Of a stretch of 64,000 bases of DNA, positions 9,464 to 18,753 are shown piece by piece (position 1 is the stretch's first letter; each line of letters starts with the position of its first letter). This stretch comes from Dehalococcoidia bacterium. Its GTDB lineage: Bacteria > Chloroflexota > Dehalococcoidia > Lucifugimonadales > UBA3495. The DNA lies in assembly GCA_022451925.1 (NCBI GenBank), contig JAKUNL010000001.1:73814-137813 (forward strand), given 5' to 3'. A program made the position numbers and the translations under genes. The notes under the pieces were generated by a model. It was given only the letters and a program-made list of their open reading frames with translations, searched no databases and was not told the DNA's origin.

Positions 9464-10033
9464 TTAATCAGATTTAGCTGCAGAGCTCCCAACTAGGATA
9501 CGTTCAACTTCGGGGAACAGGGCCTCGGCCCGCTCCTGACACTGTTCGTCGGTCAGGCTAGAAAGGGGGTGTTCAGCCACAATGTACTCGAAGTCGGGCA
9601 CACCCATCATACGGGTCATAGCTTTGGCCGTGTTGTTAAATACGTGGGTGATAATCGACGCAGTGGGCAGGCCCAGGCGTTCCATCTCTATTCCATCGTG
9701 CACACTGCACGAACTGCAGGAACCTCAATCCCCTATCCCGGTAATCAGAATGTCCACTTCATTAAGCATGTTCTGAACCACGTCCGGCTTGGTGGGAAGC
9801 GACGCCGAGTGTTTGTTGTAATAAACAATATCTTTCAGGTCATACTTATCATTTAGCATCTGGCCTAAAATGTGTAGAACTTTATCCGAATTGGCCTTGG
9901 AGTTTTCCAGTAGACCGAGTGTCTTGCCCGATAATGTATCGGGGCGCTCATTCAACCTAAAATCGCCGGACGATAACGAAGTTCCGGTAGGGTTAACCAA
10001 TCTCATGTTTCTAACTTCTACGGTCTCAGCCAT
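9464..10033 (-). CDS. UGSC-motif (seleno)protein candidate; needs UGA 9725..9727 decoded as Sec
   Basis: Track ORFs 9725..10033 and 9464..9703 are in the same frame, separated only by TGA plus 7 codons. The joined product is ...NEVDILITGIGD-U-GSCSSCSVHDGIEMERLG... (189 aa). GGAGG-N4-ATG precedes 10033. The distal piece has no ATG or SD of its own. Confidence 0.65.
9705..9719 (-). promoter_or_regulatory. Short stem-loop just 3' of the in-frame UGA (possible SECIS core)
   Basis: CUGCA-GUUCG-UGCAG begins 5 nt after the UGA. The alternative pairing is GUGCA-GUG-UGCAC. The stem is short, so SECIS competence is unproven. Confidence 0.3.
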
Positions 10034-10190
10034 GATTCCTCCCAGACTTTTTCCTAAACATTAACTAGCATGGATAAGGATTGGGTTCCTGTAATAATAC
10101 ACCAGATGATGCATTATACAAGGTTCCAAAGCCGTTATTTATAACTAAGTGATTTGTTCTCACGTCCAATGCGTAGTTTTAGGTTTGCGA

Positions 10191-11225
10191 TTACGTCCCA
10201 ATCTTGCGGGTCCTAATTTTATAGCGAGTAGTGTCAATGATGGCGCTGTTTCGCCCACCTGTACCTCCACCCATCAAAACCAGGATGTCCTCAGGATCTT
10301 GGGCGCAACGGCGGATAATCTTATCATCGCCGTCCCGTTCCGGCCCCTGAGCTATGCCTAGGCGAATCAGCTCGCTCTGCGGGCGGGCGGCATTCTCCAT
10401 CATGTATTCCTGAATGTCTTTACGAGTCCAGCCATCCTCGTTCAGAGTGATGGCATGTTCTGGGCCAATGACTAGAACCCACTGGGAAGGATACCTAAAT
10501 GCCATAGAAGCCGACTTTAGAGTGTCAGCAATAGCCATCAGCACTGATTCACCAGTGTGCCCGTAAGCTGCGTTGACGTTGACTGGATTATAGGCCACGG
10601 CCACTGTTACGGTGCTATCATCCTCGTTGAAGCCGCGAGCAACGTGCATTGGCTCCCAAGGCGAGTCCTCTTCATTTTCAGCAAAACAAAGAGTGTATTT
10701 CGCTGGATTACCGAGCGTACCTCGGTCCAGGGTTCCAGGTCGAGCGTCGAAGCCGTTCATGAAACAAAGCCTGATAGCGCGACCTAGAACGGCATTAGCC
10801 CGGTTACCTGGTCCAAGGAGTCCGTCTTTGTAGTTAGCGTTAATCTGATCTCTAATCGGCCCGTTCAACACCATAAGAATCGCTGGTGAACTCGTTGAAG
10901 CCGAAGCCATATGAACGAAGTTCTTCTCCTCCTCAAGGGCTTTAAGCGTGGTGGTCAAAACAGGGAAATAATCGGGCAGACAACCGGCCATAACGGCGTT
11001 GGCAGCCACGTTCTCTGAGGTAAGCACTCGGTTACGCATCTCTAAGGAGATGATCTCTTCTTCGCCAGTCATGCCACTGGATTCCAGCATTTCCCGGACT
11101 TTATAATCCACTGGCGGGACAACGGGCAGACCATCACTCCAGCCCATCCGGTAGCATTCTTCAATAGCTTCAATTGTGTCACTCGACTCCACTATTTTGG
11201 AGCGTTCCATATCATTGGTAGTCAT
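10191..11225 (-). CDS. Conserved hypothetical protein (family not recognised)
   Basis: About 344-aa ORF with coding-like composition (GWSDGLPVVPP, GPGNRANAVLGRAIRL). Start moved to the ATG at 11225 (AGAGGG-N6-ATG). Confidence 0.6.
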   Translation of the reverse strand: MTTNDMERSKIVESSDTIEAIEECYRMGWSDGLPVVPPVDYKVREMLESSGMTGEEEIISLEMRNRVLTSENVAANAVMAGCLPDYFPVLTTTLKALEEEKNFVHMASASTSSPAILMVLNGPIRDQINANYKDGLLGPGNRANAVLGRAIRLCFMNGFDARPGTLDRGTLGNPAKYTLCFAENEEDSPWEPMHVARGFNEDDSTVTVAVAYNPVNVNAAYGHTGESVLMAIADTLKSASMAFRYPSQWVLVIGPEHAITLNEDGWTRKDIQEYMMENAARPQSELIRLGIAQGPERDGDDKIIRRCAQDPEDILVLMGGGTGGRNSAIIDTTRYKIRTRKIGT

Positions 11226-11325
11226 CCGTAACCCTCTCAATTAAAGGTCCCCTATAAAATTCCGATGCAAGGCCTTTGAACACATGTATGTCATAGATCC
11301 CGAGATCATTGAGACAATTATTTGT

Positions 11326-12219
11326 CTAGTTATGTAAACGGAGTTGGATACCTGATTTTTCTTCCTGAATCTTGGCTACAGCGTCTGAGTCCTCTGGTCC
11401 ATAACCCCTAAAAAGCGCCTCAACATGCCGTTGGTCTACCAAGTTAGACAATTCCATTGGGATACCGTACTCCCGCCCCAAGTCGGTGGCCAGCCTGACA
11501 TCTTTTGCAGCCAATGCAGTAGCAAAGCCCGGCTCGAAATTACCCTGGAACAAAAACAAAGGAAACTTATCCTTGAGTCGTTTGGATCCGCCAGTACTAT
11601 TATTGATGACATCCGCCAAGGTATCCAAGTCTACACCGGCCTTGACCCCCAGTGTGAGGGCTTCCGCCAACAGAACTCCGGTGCCCATGCTCATTAGGTT
11701 ATTACAAATCTTACAAACGGATCCATTACCAATGTCTCCGCAATAGACCACGTGGGTGCCGATGGCCTCGAGGGTTGGCTTGAATCTATCAAAAGTTGGC
11801 TTGTCGCCACCAACCATTACCGCCAGCGTCCCCGCCGAAGCGCCGTAGGTTCCTCCGCTGACCGGAGAATCAAGCAAGGTCACGCCTCTGGCAGCACATT
11901 CTTCATGAAGCCGCCGAATCATGGTCGGAGAGTTTGTAGAAAGGTCAAATAAGACCTGCCCTTCACTTGCTCCTTCCAGGATTCCGTTTTCTCCCAACAC
12001 CACTGCTTCCACGTCTCTGGGTACTGGAAGTGACGTTAGAACCACTTCGTTGCCCGGGACGGCCGCCTTTGGGCTGTCCGCCCAGTTTGCGCCCATCTCT
12101 AGAAGGTTGGTGGCGGCCTCCCGTCGAAGGTCGTGAACGGTTAGTTGATGACCTGCTTTGATCAGATTGGCGGCCATTGGATTCCCCATGTTGCCGGTCC
12201 CGATGAAACCTATTTTCAT
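11326..12219 (-). CDS. NAD(P)-dependent 3-hydroxyisobutyrate/6-phosphogluconate dehydrogenase-family oxidoreductase
   Basis: MKIGFIGTGNMG Rossmann start with AGGAGAG SD upstream. 297 aa with typical beta-hydroxyacid dehydrogenase layout. Confidence 0.85.
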   Translation of the reverse strand: MKIGFIGTGNMGNPMAANLIKAGHQLTVHDLRREAATNLLEMGANWADSPKAAVPGNEVVLTSLPVPRDVEAVVLGENGILEGASEGQVLFDLSTNSPTMIRRLHEECAARGVTLLDSPVSGGTYGASAGTLAVMVGGDKPTFDRFKPTLEAIGTHVVYCGDIGNGSVCKICNNLMSMGTGVLLAEALTLGVKAGVDLDTLADVINNSTGGSKRLKDKFPLFLFQGNFEPGFATALAAKDVRLATDLGREYGIPMELSNLVDQRHVEALFRGYGPEDSDAVAKIQEEKSGIQLRLHN

Positions 12220-12871
12220 CGCGCTCTCTCCTATTCATATCGGATGGACGCTGATACGGCCGTTCGGCCGTCATTGGTGGTTGTTCTGTTGGTTTATACC
12301 GTGGCAGGTGACCATAATTGGCCGCGGTCTCTTCTAGTTCGGGTTGGGGAGACGGTACACTCCCGTACGCTGGATCATCGTCTTTATACCGTACGGCGTT
12401 GTCTGCCTCTCGCCGTACGATTCGCCGCGCTTCGGCATCCTCCGGAGTTAATCCGTCTAGAGCTTCATCAAAGGCCTCTTTCGCCATTCTGAATGCATTT
12501 ACAGCTGCTGGCATACCACCGTAGAAGACCATTTGGGCAATTATTTCTGAAATCTCGTCTCTAGAAACGCCTATGTGTAATGCGCCAGAGATGTGGCGTT
12601 TGATCATTTGAGGGCTGTGGCCAAGGACTACGAGGGCCGCAATCGTGCAAAGACTCCGTGTTCTTAAGTCCACCGCAGGTCTGTTGTAAATCTCGCCATA
12701 GATCACCGCGTCCACCAAACGCATAACTTCTGGCGCAAGTTCTGCCATAGCGGCCGGCGGCGCTGGATTATTATCTGGACCGTAATACGCCTGCCTAAAA
12801 TCAAGCGCCGCCTGATTTAGGTCTTTAACACCCTCTTGTGGATCTCCTTCTGGATGATTTTCAGAGCTCAA
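11963..12871 (-). CDS. Carboxymuconolactone decarboxylase (CMD/AhpD-like) family protein with long low-complexity tail; 3' boundary doubtful
   Basis: CMD-like core (VIYGEIYNRPAVDLRTRSLCTIAALVVLGHSPQMIKRHISGALHIGVSRDEISEIIAQM). AGGAG-N5-TTG at 12871. The ORF only stops at 11963, 257 nt inside the next gene in another frame. Confidence 0.6.
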   Translation of the reverse strand: MSSENHPEGDPQEGVKDLNQAALDFRQAYYGPDNNPAPPAAMAELAPEVMRLVDAVIYGEIYNRPAVDLRTRSLCTIAALVVLGHSPQMIKRHISGALHIGVSRDEISEIIAQMVFYGGMPAAVNAFRMAKEAFDEALDGLTPEDAEARRIVRREADNAVRYKDDDPAYGSVPSPQPELEETAANYGHLPRYKPTEQPPMTAERPYQRPSDMNRRERDENRFHRDRQHGESNGRQSDQSRSSTNRSRPSTGGRHQPSRDGRKLGGQPKGGRPGQRSGSNVTSSTQRRGSSGVGRKRNPGRSK

Positions 12872-12901
12872 GGTTTCTCCTGAAAGACATGAGATCACTC
12901 A

Positions 12902-13741
12902 CTAACTGATTACTTGCCAAAACCGTTTACCTTCCATCGTAATTACTTTCCCGATGTGGTCGTCCGGATGGAAATGGCCGGCAGCAATGACAATATCTTC
13001 AGATTCAGCCCTGTCTAAGATCATTTTCCTGTTCTTTTGGCTGGCCTCTTTATCTGTGTCCACGCCTGCTGTCCATTCCGGACGTTCTACTTGAACCCGA
13101 CTATGTAGTAGGTCTCCCACCACCATGGCCTTTTTCCCTTGGGAAGTGATGTCAAAGACCATGTGTCCAGGTGTATGGCCGGGGGTTGATATGGCCTTTA
13201 TCTCATCGCTGACCGCGTAGCCGTCACCGATCAGTTCAAGTAGGCCCATTTCCTCTAACGGTAGGATATTCTCAGCCACCCACGGAGCGTCCTTTGCGAA
13301 CTCAGGCTTGGTAAAATGATCCCAATCGAGCTGAGGCGCCAGATAACGGGCATTAGGAAATGTCGGTTTTGGTTCAGACCCGGAATAGTCCACATTCCAG
13401 CCTACATGATCAATGTGCATATGGGTGATTAACACCAGATCGACATCTTCCGGATTCACTCCAGAATTCTTGAGCTGGTTCAGCATATCACCGGTTCGGT
13501 TCGCCCGACTTGGATGAGGACCGGGGCCCATGCCTGTGTCTACCATAATGGTCTGCCCTCCAGTGCGGAGGTAAAAATGTCCGTAATAGAGTTGCAGTTG
13601 GCAATCTTCCAACGCATCGTGATACGGCTCCCAATCATGGGCGTCAGTTGTCGGGAACATTGCAGACGGATCCCGGGGCGGTGGGAGCATATCCAAAACA
13701 AATTTAATCTCAACGTTGCCTACAGTAATTTGGTTGGCCAT
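12902..13741 (-). CDS. MBL-fold metallo-hydrolase
   Basis: 279 aa with the HMHIDHVGW (HxHxDH) motif. Confidence 0.85.
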   Translation of the reverse strand: MANQITVGNVEIKFVLDMLPPPRDPSAMFPTTDAHDWEPYHDALEDCQLQLYYGHFYLRTGGQTIMVDTGMGPGPHPSRANRTGDMLNQLKNSGVNPEDVDLVLITHMHIDHVGWNVDYSGSEPKPTFPNARYLAPQLDWDHFTKPEFAKDAPWVAENILPLEEMGLLELIGDGYAVSDEIKAISTPGHTPGHMVFDITSQGKKAMVVGDLLHSRVQVERPEWTAGVDTDKEASQKNRKMILDRAESEDIVIAAGHFHPDDHIGKVITMEGKRFWQVIS

Positions 13742-13842
13742 GAATAGCTCCCCTTTTATATAGGTTATTGGTTCTGGCGAGGATTATACCTAGCAGGATA
13801 GTCGCTGATAATAAAAGAATCAGAGAACTAAACCTGGTTCGG

Positions 13843-14355
13843 TCAGTATTGAATCATTGAAAAGACGTTGTAGGCGGAGAGGTTCTTACGTCCTTCCAAG
13901 AAAGACAGCTCAATAATTACCCCAATCTCAGATACGTATCCGCCGGCCATCTCAACTAACTTGGCAGAGGCAGCCAAGGTGCCTCCGGTGGCAAGCAAGT
14001 CGTCTATGATCAAGACTTTTTGGCCATTCTCCACACCGTCAACATGGATTTCCATAGTATTGGTGCCATATTCTAATTCATAGTCAGTTGAGAGAGTTTC
14101 AAAAGGCAATTTACCGGGTTTACGTACGGGCACAATTGCTTTGCCGAGATTGCGGGCTAGAGGGGCACCGAACAGAAACCCACGGGACTCAACTGGAACA
14201 ATCACGTCAAAATCAGCGTTCTTGTACCTATCCACCAATTGAGCGATGGTGAAATCAAAGGCACCTACATCACCTAGCAGTGGCGTGATGTCCTTGAATA
14301 GAATGCCTGGCTCTGGAAAATCAGGAACGTCTCTAATAAATTTTTTGATGTCCAT
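13843..14355 (-). CDS. apt: Adenine phosphoribosyltransferase
   Basis: MDIKKFIRDVPDFPEPGILFKDITPLL and the PRPP motif VLIIDDLLATGGT. Start trimmed to the ATG at 14355; the 41 extra N-terminal residues in the track are unlikely. Confidence 0.9.
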   Translation of the reverse strand: MDIKKFIRDVPDFPEPGILFKDITPLLGDVGAFDFTIAQLVDRYKNADFDVIVPVESRGFLFGAPLARNLGKAIVPVRKPGKLPFETLSTDYELEYGTNTMEIHVDGVENGQKVLIIDDLLATGGTLAASAKLVEMAGGYVSEIGVIIELSFLEGRKNLSAYNVFSMIQY

Positions 14356-14459
14356 GGGTTGTGCACTACCGAATCTGAAATTGAAGGTCAGTATTTCGGC
14401 CTTTAGACCGAATTTTGCGGCCAGGCCTGGGTCGATTATGGCATTATGCCGTGCCTGGG

Positions 14460-14488
14460 AGTGTAGATTACGGCACACTCGGCGTCAA
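14460..14488 (-). promoter_or_regulatory. Candidate sigma-70 promoter for apt
   Basis: Minus strand TTGACG-17 nt-TACACT, about 100 nt upstream of the apt ATG. Confidence 0.35.
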
Positions 14489-14595
14489 GATAACGGGCCT
14501 ACTTACACAACGACGTCGGATTTCGTCAATTCGGGCGTGTATTCGATTGACTTTCTCCAGTCGGATTTATATAATTCTTCTTAGTTTCCTGAGTA

Positions 14596-14627
14596 GAAAA
14601 TGGCCCCACGAACGCGGGGTCATTTTC
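14596..14627. other. Orphan terminator-like hairpin (12-bp stem, A/T-flanked) in a divergent intergenic region
   Basis: gaaaatggcccc-acgaacgc-ggggtcattttc with one G-U pair. No gene ends next to it on either strand. Confidence 0.4.
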
Positions 14628-14821
14628 TAGTGGGCGAAGAACTATCATAAAACTAAGAGCTAGGAGCTTCTAGTTCCAATCCGGAATTTATAATATTCAG
14701 TCTCGCTGGCACCATTCCCAGCGGCACTTATCACGGTTAGGCTTGGTACATCGTAGCGAGCTATGCAAACTCTGGCTAAGATTGCACGACAGCTGTGAAT
14801 TGTGCGAAGATTTCTATGCCT

Positions 14822-14909
14822 GGAGGGGTGGGTGAGTGGTTAAAGCCACCAGACTGTAAATCTGGCGTCCGGAAGGGCTTCGCAGGTTCGAATCCTGCCC
14901 CCTCCACCA
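14822..14909 (+). tRNA. tRNA-Tyr (GUA), long variable arm, CCA encoded
   Basis: Acceptor GGAGGGG/CCCCTCC, anticodon arm CCAGA-CTGTAAA-TCTGG, T arm GCAGG-TTCGAAT-CCTGC. Confidence 0.9.
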
Positions 14910-14993
14910 TCCATTATGGACTCCGGCCTAACGGTCGGTTTAATTACCCAGACATGCAACAGGGACAAGATAAAGGCAGCCGTTAATCTATCA

Positions 14994-15068
14994 GCCCAGA
15001 TAGCTCAGCGGCAGAGCGCGTTCTTGGTAAGAACGAGGTCGGCGGTTCAATCCCGCCTCTGGGCTCCA
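14994..15068 (+). tRNA. tRNA-Thr (GGU), CCA encoded
   Basis: Acceptor GCCCAGA/TCTGGGC, anticodon arm CGTTC-TTGGTAA-GAACG, T arm GGCGG-TTCAATC-CCGCC. Confidence 0.9.
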
Positions 15069-15130
15069 GTTAAGAATTCGGCCAAATCATAAGGGACCGA
15101 GAAGAGTATCAGGGAGGACACCTAAAAAAG

Positions 15131-16315
15131 ATGGCTAAACAAGCATTTGACAGAACTAAAGATCACTTAAACGTAGGCACGATTGGCCACGTGGACCACG
15201 GCAAAACTACATTGACTTCAGCCATCACAAAGGTTTTGGCAGACCAGGGTTTGGCCAACTACCTGGATATGGACAGCATCGATAACGCTCCAGAAGAAAA
15301 GTCTCGAGGCGTAACCATCGCTATCGCCCACGTAGAGTATGAGTCTGCGGGTCGGCACTACGCACACGTAGACTGCCCTGGCCACGCCGACTACATCAAG
15401 AACATGATTACCGGTGCTGCCCAGATGGACGGAGCGGTCTTAGTAGTGAGTGCACCGGATGGACCCATGCCACAAACTCGGGAGCACATCCTATTGGCCC
15501 GCCAGGTTGAAGTTCCCAAAATACTAGTCGCACTTAACAAATGTGACATGATGGATGACGAAGAACTTCTTGAACTGGTGGAGCTTGAGGTACGCGAGCT
15601 GCTCAGCCGCTACGGATACCCTGGTGACGACACCCCCATCGTCCGAGTTAGTGGTCTTAAAGCCATAGAAGGGGATCCAGATGCAGTAACCGGAGTCCTA
15701 AATCTGGTTGAAGCCATGGATGACTACATCCCAGTCCCTGAACGTGTGACTGACCGTCCATTCCTAATGCCGATTGAAGACGTATTCGGCATCAAAGGGC
15801 GTGGTACCGTGGTAACCGGTAGGGTGGAACGTGGCACGTTAAATGTCGGTTCAGCTGTTGAGATCATACGCTGGGGTGACGTCCGCGAGACCGTCGCCAC
15901 AGGTTTGGAAATGTTCCATAAAAACTTGGAAACTACTCAGGCTGGAGACGCAGTCGGGATCCTTCTACGCGGTGTTGATCGGGAAGAAGTAGAACGTGGT
16001 CAGGTTCTAGTAGCGCCCGGCACCATGAGTCCGTACACGAAAGCTGAAGCTGAGGTTTACATCCTTAGTCGCGATGAAGGTGGACGGCACACTCCGTTCT
16101 TCTCCGGCTACAAACCTCAATTCTACATAAGGACCTCTGATATAACGGGATCCTGCACGTTGCCCGACGGTGTTGAGATGGTCATGCCTGGCGACAATGT
16201 AAAGATGGAAATAGAACTGATGAGTCCAGTACCACTAGAAGAGCAGATGCGCTTTGCTATCCGCGAAGGCGGCCGCACTGTGGGATCAGGAGTCATCACC
16301 AAGGTTGTGGAGTAA
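15131..16315 (+). CDS. tuf: Elongation factor Tu
   Basis: 394 aa with [18 protein letters not shown] and NKCD. GGAGG SD upstream. Confidence 0.97.
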   Translation: MAKQAFDRTKDHLNVGTIGHVDHGKTTLTSAITKVLADQGLANYLDMDSIDNAPEEKSRGVTIAIAHVEYESAGRHYAHVDCPGHADYIKNMITGAAQMDGAVLVVSAPDGPMPQTREHILLARQVEVPKILVALNKCDMMDDEELLELVELEVRELLSRYGYPGDDTPIVRVSGLKAIEGDPDAVTGVLNLVEAMDDYIPVPERVTDRPFLMPIEDVFGIKGRGTVVTGRVERGTLNVGSAVEIIRWGDVRETVATGLEMFHKNLETTQAGDAVGILLRGVDREEVERGQVLVAPGTMSPYTKAEAEVYILSRDEGGRHTPFFSGYKPQFYIRTSDITGSCTLPDGVEMVMPGDNVKMEIELMSPVPLEEQMRFAIREGGRTVGSGVITKVVE

Positions 16316-16318
16316 CTC

Positions 16319-16489
16319 ATGGCCAGGAAAACAGCCGACGTCAGGCAGATCATAACGCTACAATGCGGCGACTGCCGCGAGCGTAACTACACTTCTATGA
16401 AAAACCGGCGCAACGACCCCAACAGGATGGAATTACGAAAGTATTGCTCAAGGTGTCGTACGCACAAGACTCATCGTGAAGTGAGGTAG
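16319..16489 (+). CDS. rpmG: 50S ribosomal protein L33 (zinc-ribbon form)
   Basis: Below the ORF-track size cut. Hand translation: MARKTADVRQIITLQCGDCRERNYTSMKNRRNDPNRMELRKYCSRCRTHKTHREVR. Canonical position between tuf and secE. Confidence 0.9.
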   Translation: MARKTADVRQIITLQCGDCRERNYTSMKNRRNDPNRMELRKYCSRCRTHKTHREVR

Positions 16490-16495
16490 CGACCC

Positions 16496-16732
16496 ATGGC
16501 TAGGGCATCATCACGCAGCCAACGCGTTGTAACTCCAGCCAGTGGAGGACGTGTTGGACCAGTATCTTTTCTCAGGGAAACCTATTCGGAATTACAGAAA
16601 TCCGTCTGGCCCAGCAGGGAAGAGACTTCACGGTTGACCATGGTGGTCATTGTGTTGGCGATCGCAGCAGGATTCTTCCTAGGCGGCTTAGACCGAGTTT
16701 TCGCAGAGGTCTTTGCTCGGTTGATATTTTAA
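16496..16732 (+). CDS. secE: Preprotein translocase subunit SecE
   Basis: 78 aa with a single C-terminal TM helix and the FLRETYSELQKSVWPSREE motif. Position rpmG-secE-nusG. Confidence 0.85.
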   Translation: MARASSRSQRVVTPASGGRVGPVSFLRETYSELQKSVWPSREETSRLTMVVIVLAIAAGFFLGGLDRVFAEVFARLIF

Positions 16733-16835
16733 AAGAACAGGCCGGAGAGCAGATAAATAAACGCTACAAGGTAAGGAAATGGGGCTCGTTTTAACGTAGC
16801 CCCTTTCTGCTTGACCTGAAACTGGATACAGCATT

Positions 16836-17414
16836 ATGACGACAAAAAATACATCAGAATCCCAAGAGACTCAGGATTCTCGTTGGTATATCGTCCACAC
16901 CTACTCAGGTCAAGAAGACCTCGTGGAGAAGAACCTTCGCTTGCGCATTCAAAGTTTGGACATGCAAGACCGCATCAACTCGGTCTTGGTCCCCACAGAA
17001 GAAGAAGTTATCTTCAAAGATGGAGAAAGGCGATCTGAGCGTAAAAAACTATTCCCAGGCTACATCTTGGTACAAATGATAATGGACGATGAAAGCTGGT
17101 ATGCAGTTCGCAACACCCCTGGCGTTACAGGGTTTGTCTCCACTGAAGATGAACACGACAAGCGCCCCAAACCGGTCCCGCTCGAAGATAAACAAATTGA
17201 AGACATCCTGAAGCAGGTCGACTCTGATCCTAGTCGCGTAAGCATTGGTCTGGAACGTGGTGAGACAGTTCGCATCACTGAAGGTCCATTCGTGGACTTC
17301 ATCGGTTCAATCAACGATGTGGATGATAGTAAGGGTAAAGTCAGAGTTATGGTATCCTTCTTCGGGCGCGAAACTCCAGTGGAACTGGATTTCCTACAAG
17401 TAGAAAGAATCTAA
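16836..17414 (+). CDS. nusG: Transcription termination/antitermination factor NusG
   Basis: 192 aa with WYIVHTYSGQE NGN start and a C-terminal KOW (GETVRITEGPFVDFIG). Confidence 0.95.
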   Translation: MTTKNTSESQETQDSRWYIVHTYSGQEDLVEKNLRLRIQSLDMQDRINSVLVPTEEEVIFKDGERRSERKKLFPGYILVQMIMDDESWYAVRNTPGVTGFVSTEDEHDKRPKPVPLEDKQIEDILKQVDSDPSRVSIGLERGETVRITEGPFVDFIGSINDVDDSKGKVRVMVSFFGRETPVELDFLQVERI

Positions 17415-17481
17415 AGTTCAAAAGTCCAAAGATTATTAGCCTGGTTAAAACACACCAATAAAGTAACTGAAGGAGCCCCCG

Positions 17482-17907
17482 TTGGCGAAGAAAGTTAGAG
17501 CCATCATCAAACTGCAGTTGGAAGCCGGCAAAGCCACACCAGCGCCACCCGTGGGCCCTGCGCTAGGCCAGCACGGCGTTAATATCATGGGCTTCGTCAA
17601 GGAATATAACGCCAAGACAGCCAACCAAGCTGGCACGATAGTGCCGGTTCACTTGACCGTTTACGAGGACCGTTCCTTTACCTTCGTGACTCGCACTCCT
17701 CCGGCTTCGGACATGCTCCGTAAAGCCGCAGGAGTAGAAAAAGGCAGTTCTGAATTCCGTGCAGGAAGCGTAGGCAAGATTAGCAAACAGCAACTGAAAG
17801 AAATCGCCGAATCAAAGCTGGCGGATCTAAACGCTGGAGGCGTTGATGAAGCAATGGCCATCATTGCCGGGACTGCCCGCAGCATGGGCATCGACGTAGG
17901 AGAATAG
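17482..17907 (+). CDS. rplK: 50S ribosomal protein L11
   Basis: [30 protein letters not shown] start. Confidence 0.95.
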   Translation: MAKKVRAIIKLQLEAGKATPAPPVGPALGQHGVNIMGFVKEYNAKTANQAGTIVPVHLTVYEDRSFTFVTRTPPASDMLRKAAGVEKGSSEFRAGSVGKISKQQLKEIAESKLADLNAGGVDEAMAIIAGTARSMGIDVGE

Positions 17908-17912
17908 CGACC

Positions 17913-18629
17913 ATGGTCAAGCGAAGTCGGCGTTTCAGCGCCGTCGCAGAAAGAATAGACATAGAAAAAACCTATGAGCCGAAGGAGGCCATGGAACTTC
18001 TAAAAGAGGTCTCCACCGCCAAATTCGATGAAACAGTTGAACTTCACATTAGGACCAATGTCGACCCACGTCACGCCGACCAGATGATCCGCGGCGTTTG
18101 TCGCCTTCCACATGGTTTGGGTAAAGTAATCCGCGTGGTGGTTTTCGCTGGAGTTGAGGGTGCAGAGGAAGCCCGGGCCGCCGGAGCCGACTTTGTTGGT
18201 GAAGACGACCTCATCGAGAAAATCGAAGCTGGCTGGGACGACTTTGAAGTTGGACTTGCTACTCCTCAAATCATGCCCAAGATAGGTAAACTAGGCCGTA
18301 TTCTAGGAAGAAAAGGCCTTATGCCCAACCCTCGCTCTGGCACAATGGTTCAGCCACAGGATATGGGACGAGCCGTTGAAGAAGCCAAAGGCGGAAGAAC
18401 CGAATACAGGACTGACCGCACTGCGATCATCCACTCATCCGTCGGAAAAGTCAGCTTTAGTGCCGACCAACTCGTGGACAATCTCTCGTCCATTGCGAGC
18501 GCTATCGTTAGGGAACGACCAGATAGTCTCAAAGGACCGTTTTTTCGATCCGCTTACGTCACCTCGACCATGGGACCCAGCGTCCAACTGGAACTGTCGT
18601 CCTTGATGTCATTGGAGTCGCCTGAGTAA
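17913..18629 (+). CDS. rplA: 50S ribosomal protein L1
   Basis: 238 aa with FDETVELHIRTNVDPRHADQMIRG. Confidence 0.95.
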   Translation: MVKRSRRFSAVAERIDIEKTYEPKEAMELLKEVSTAKFDETVELHIRTNVDPRHADQMIRGVCRLPHGLGKVIRVVVFAGVEGAEEARAAGADFVGEDDLIEKIEAGWDDFEVGLATPQIMPKIGKLGRILGRKGLMPNPRSGTMVQPQDMGRAVEEAKGGRTEYRTDRTAIIHSSVGKVSFSADQLVDNLSSIASAIVRERPDSLKGPFFRSAYVTSTMGPSVQLELSSLMSLESPE

Positions 18630-18753
18630 CCCATCCCTGAGATAGATTGCCAGTCACAATTTAGTCTATAATTTAGTTAGTAACACGCCAAAGACAGCGG
18701 GCCCCTCAAAGGGATAAATGCAAAAGCAGCCTGCCGAGGCGCGACGAACAGTT

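Noticed and set aside
13843-14478. Long forms of apt (211 aa) and ssb (33608..34087, 159 aa) as given in the track
   Set aside because: The N-terminal extensions have no family counterpart. Canonical starts with better SD context exist (ATG 14355; GTG 34030 after GGAGG), and the long ssb form would overlap rpsF.
14795-14986. 63-aa ORF on the plus strand
   Set aside because: It overlaps the tRNA-Tyr gene completely and is an artefact of the ORF scan.
18721-18745. aagcagcc element as part of an SRP (4.5S) RNA
   Set aside because: The surrounding sequence lacks the conserved domain IV symmetric-loop motifs. The location is explained by the rplJ leader.
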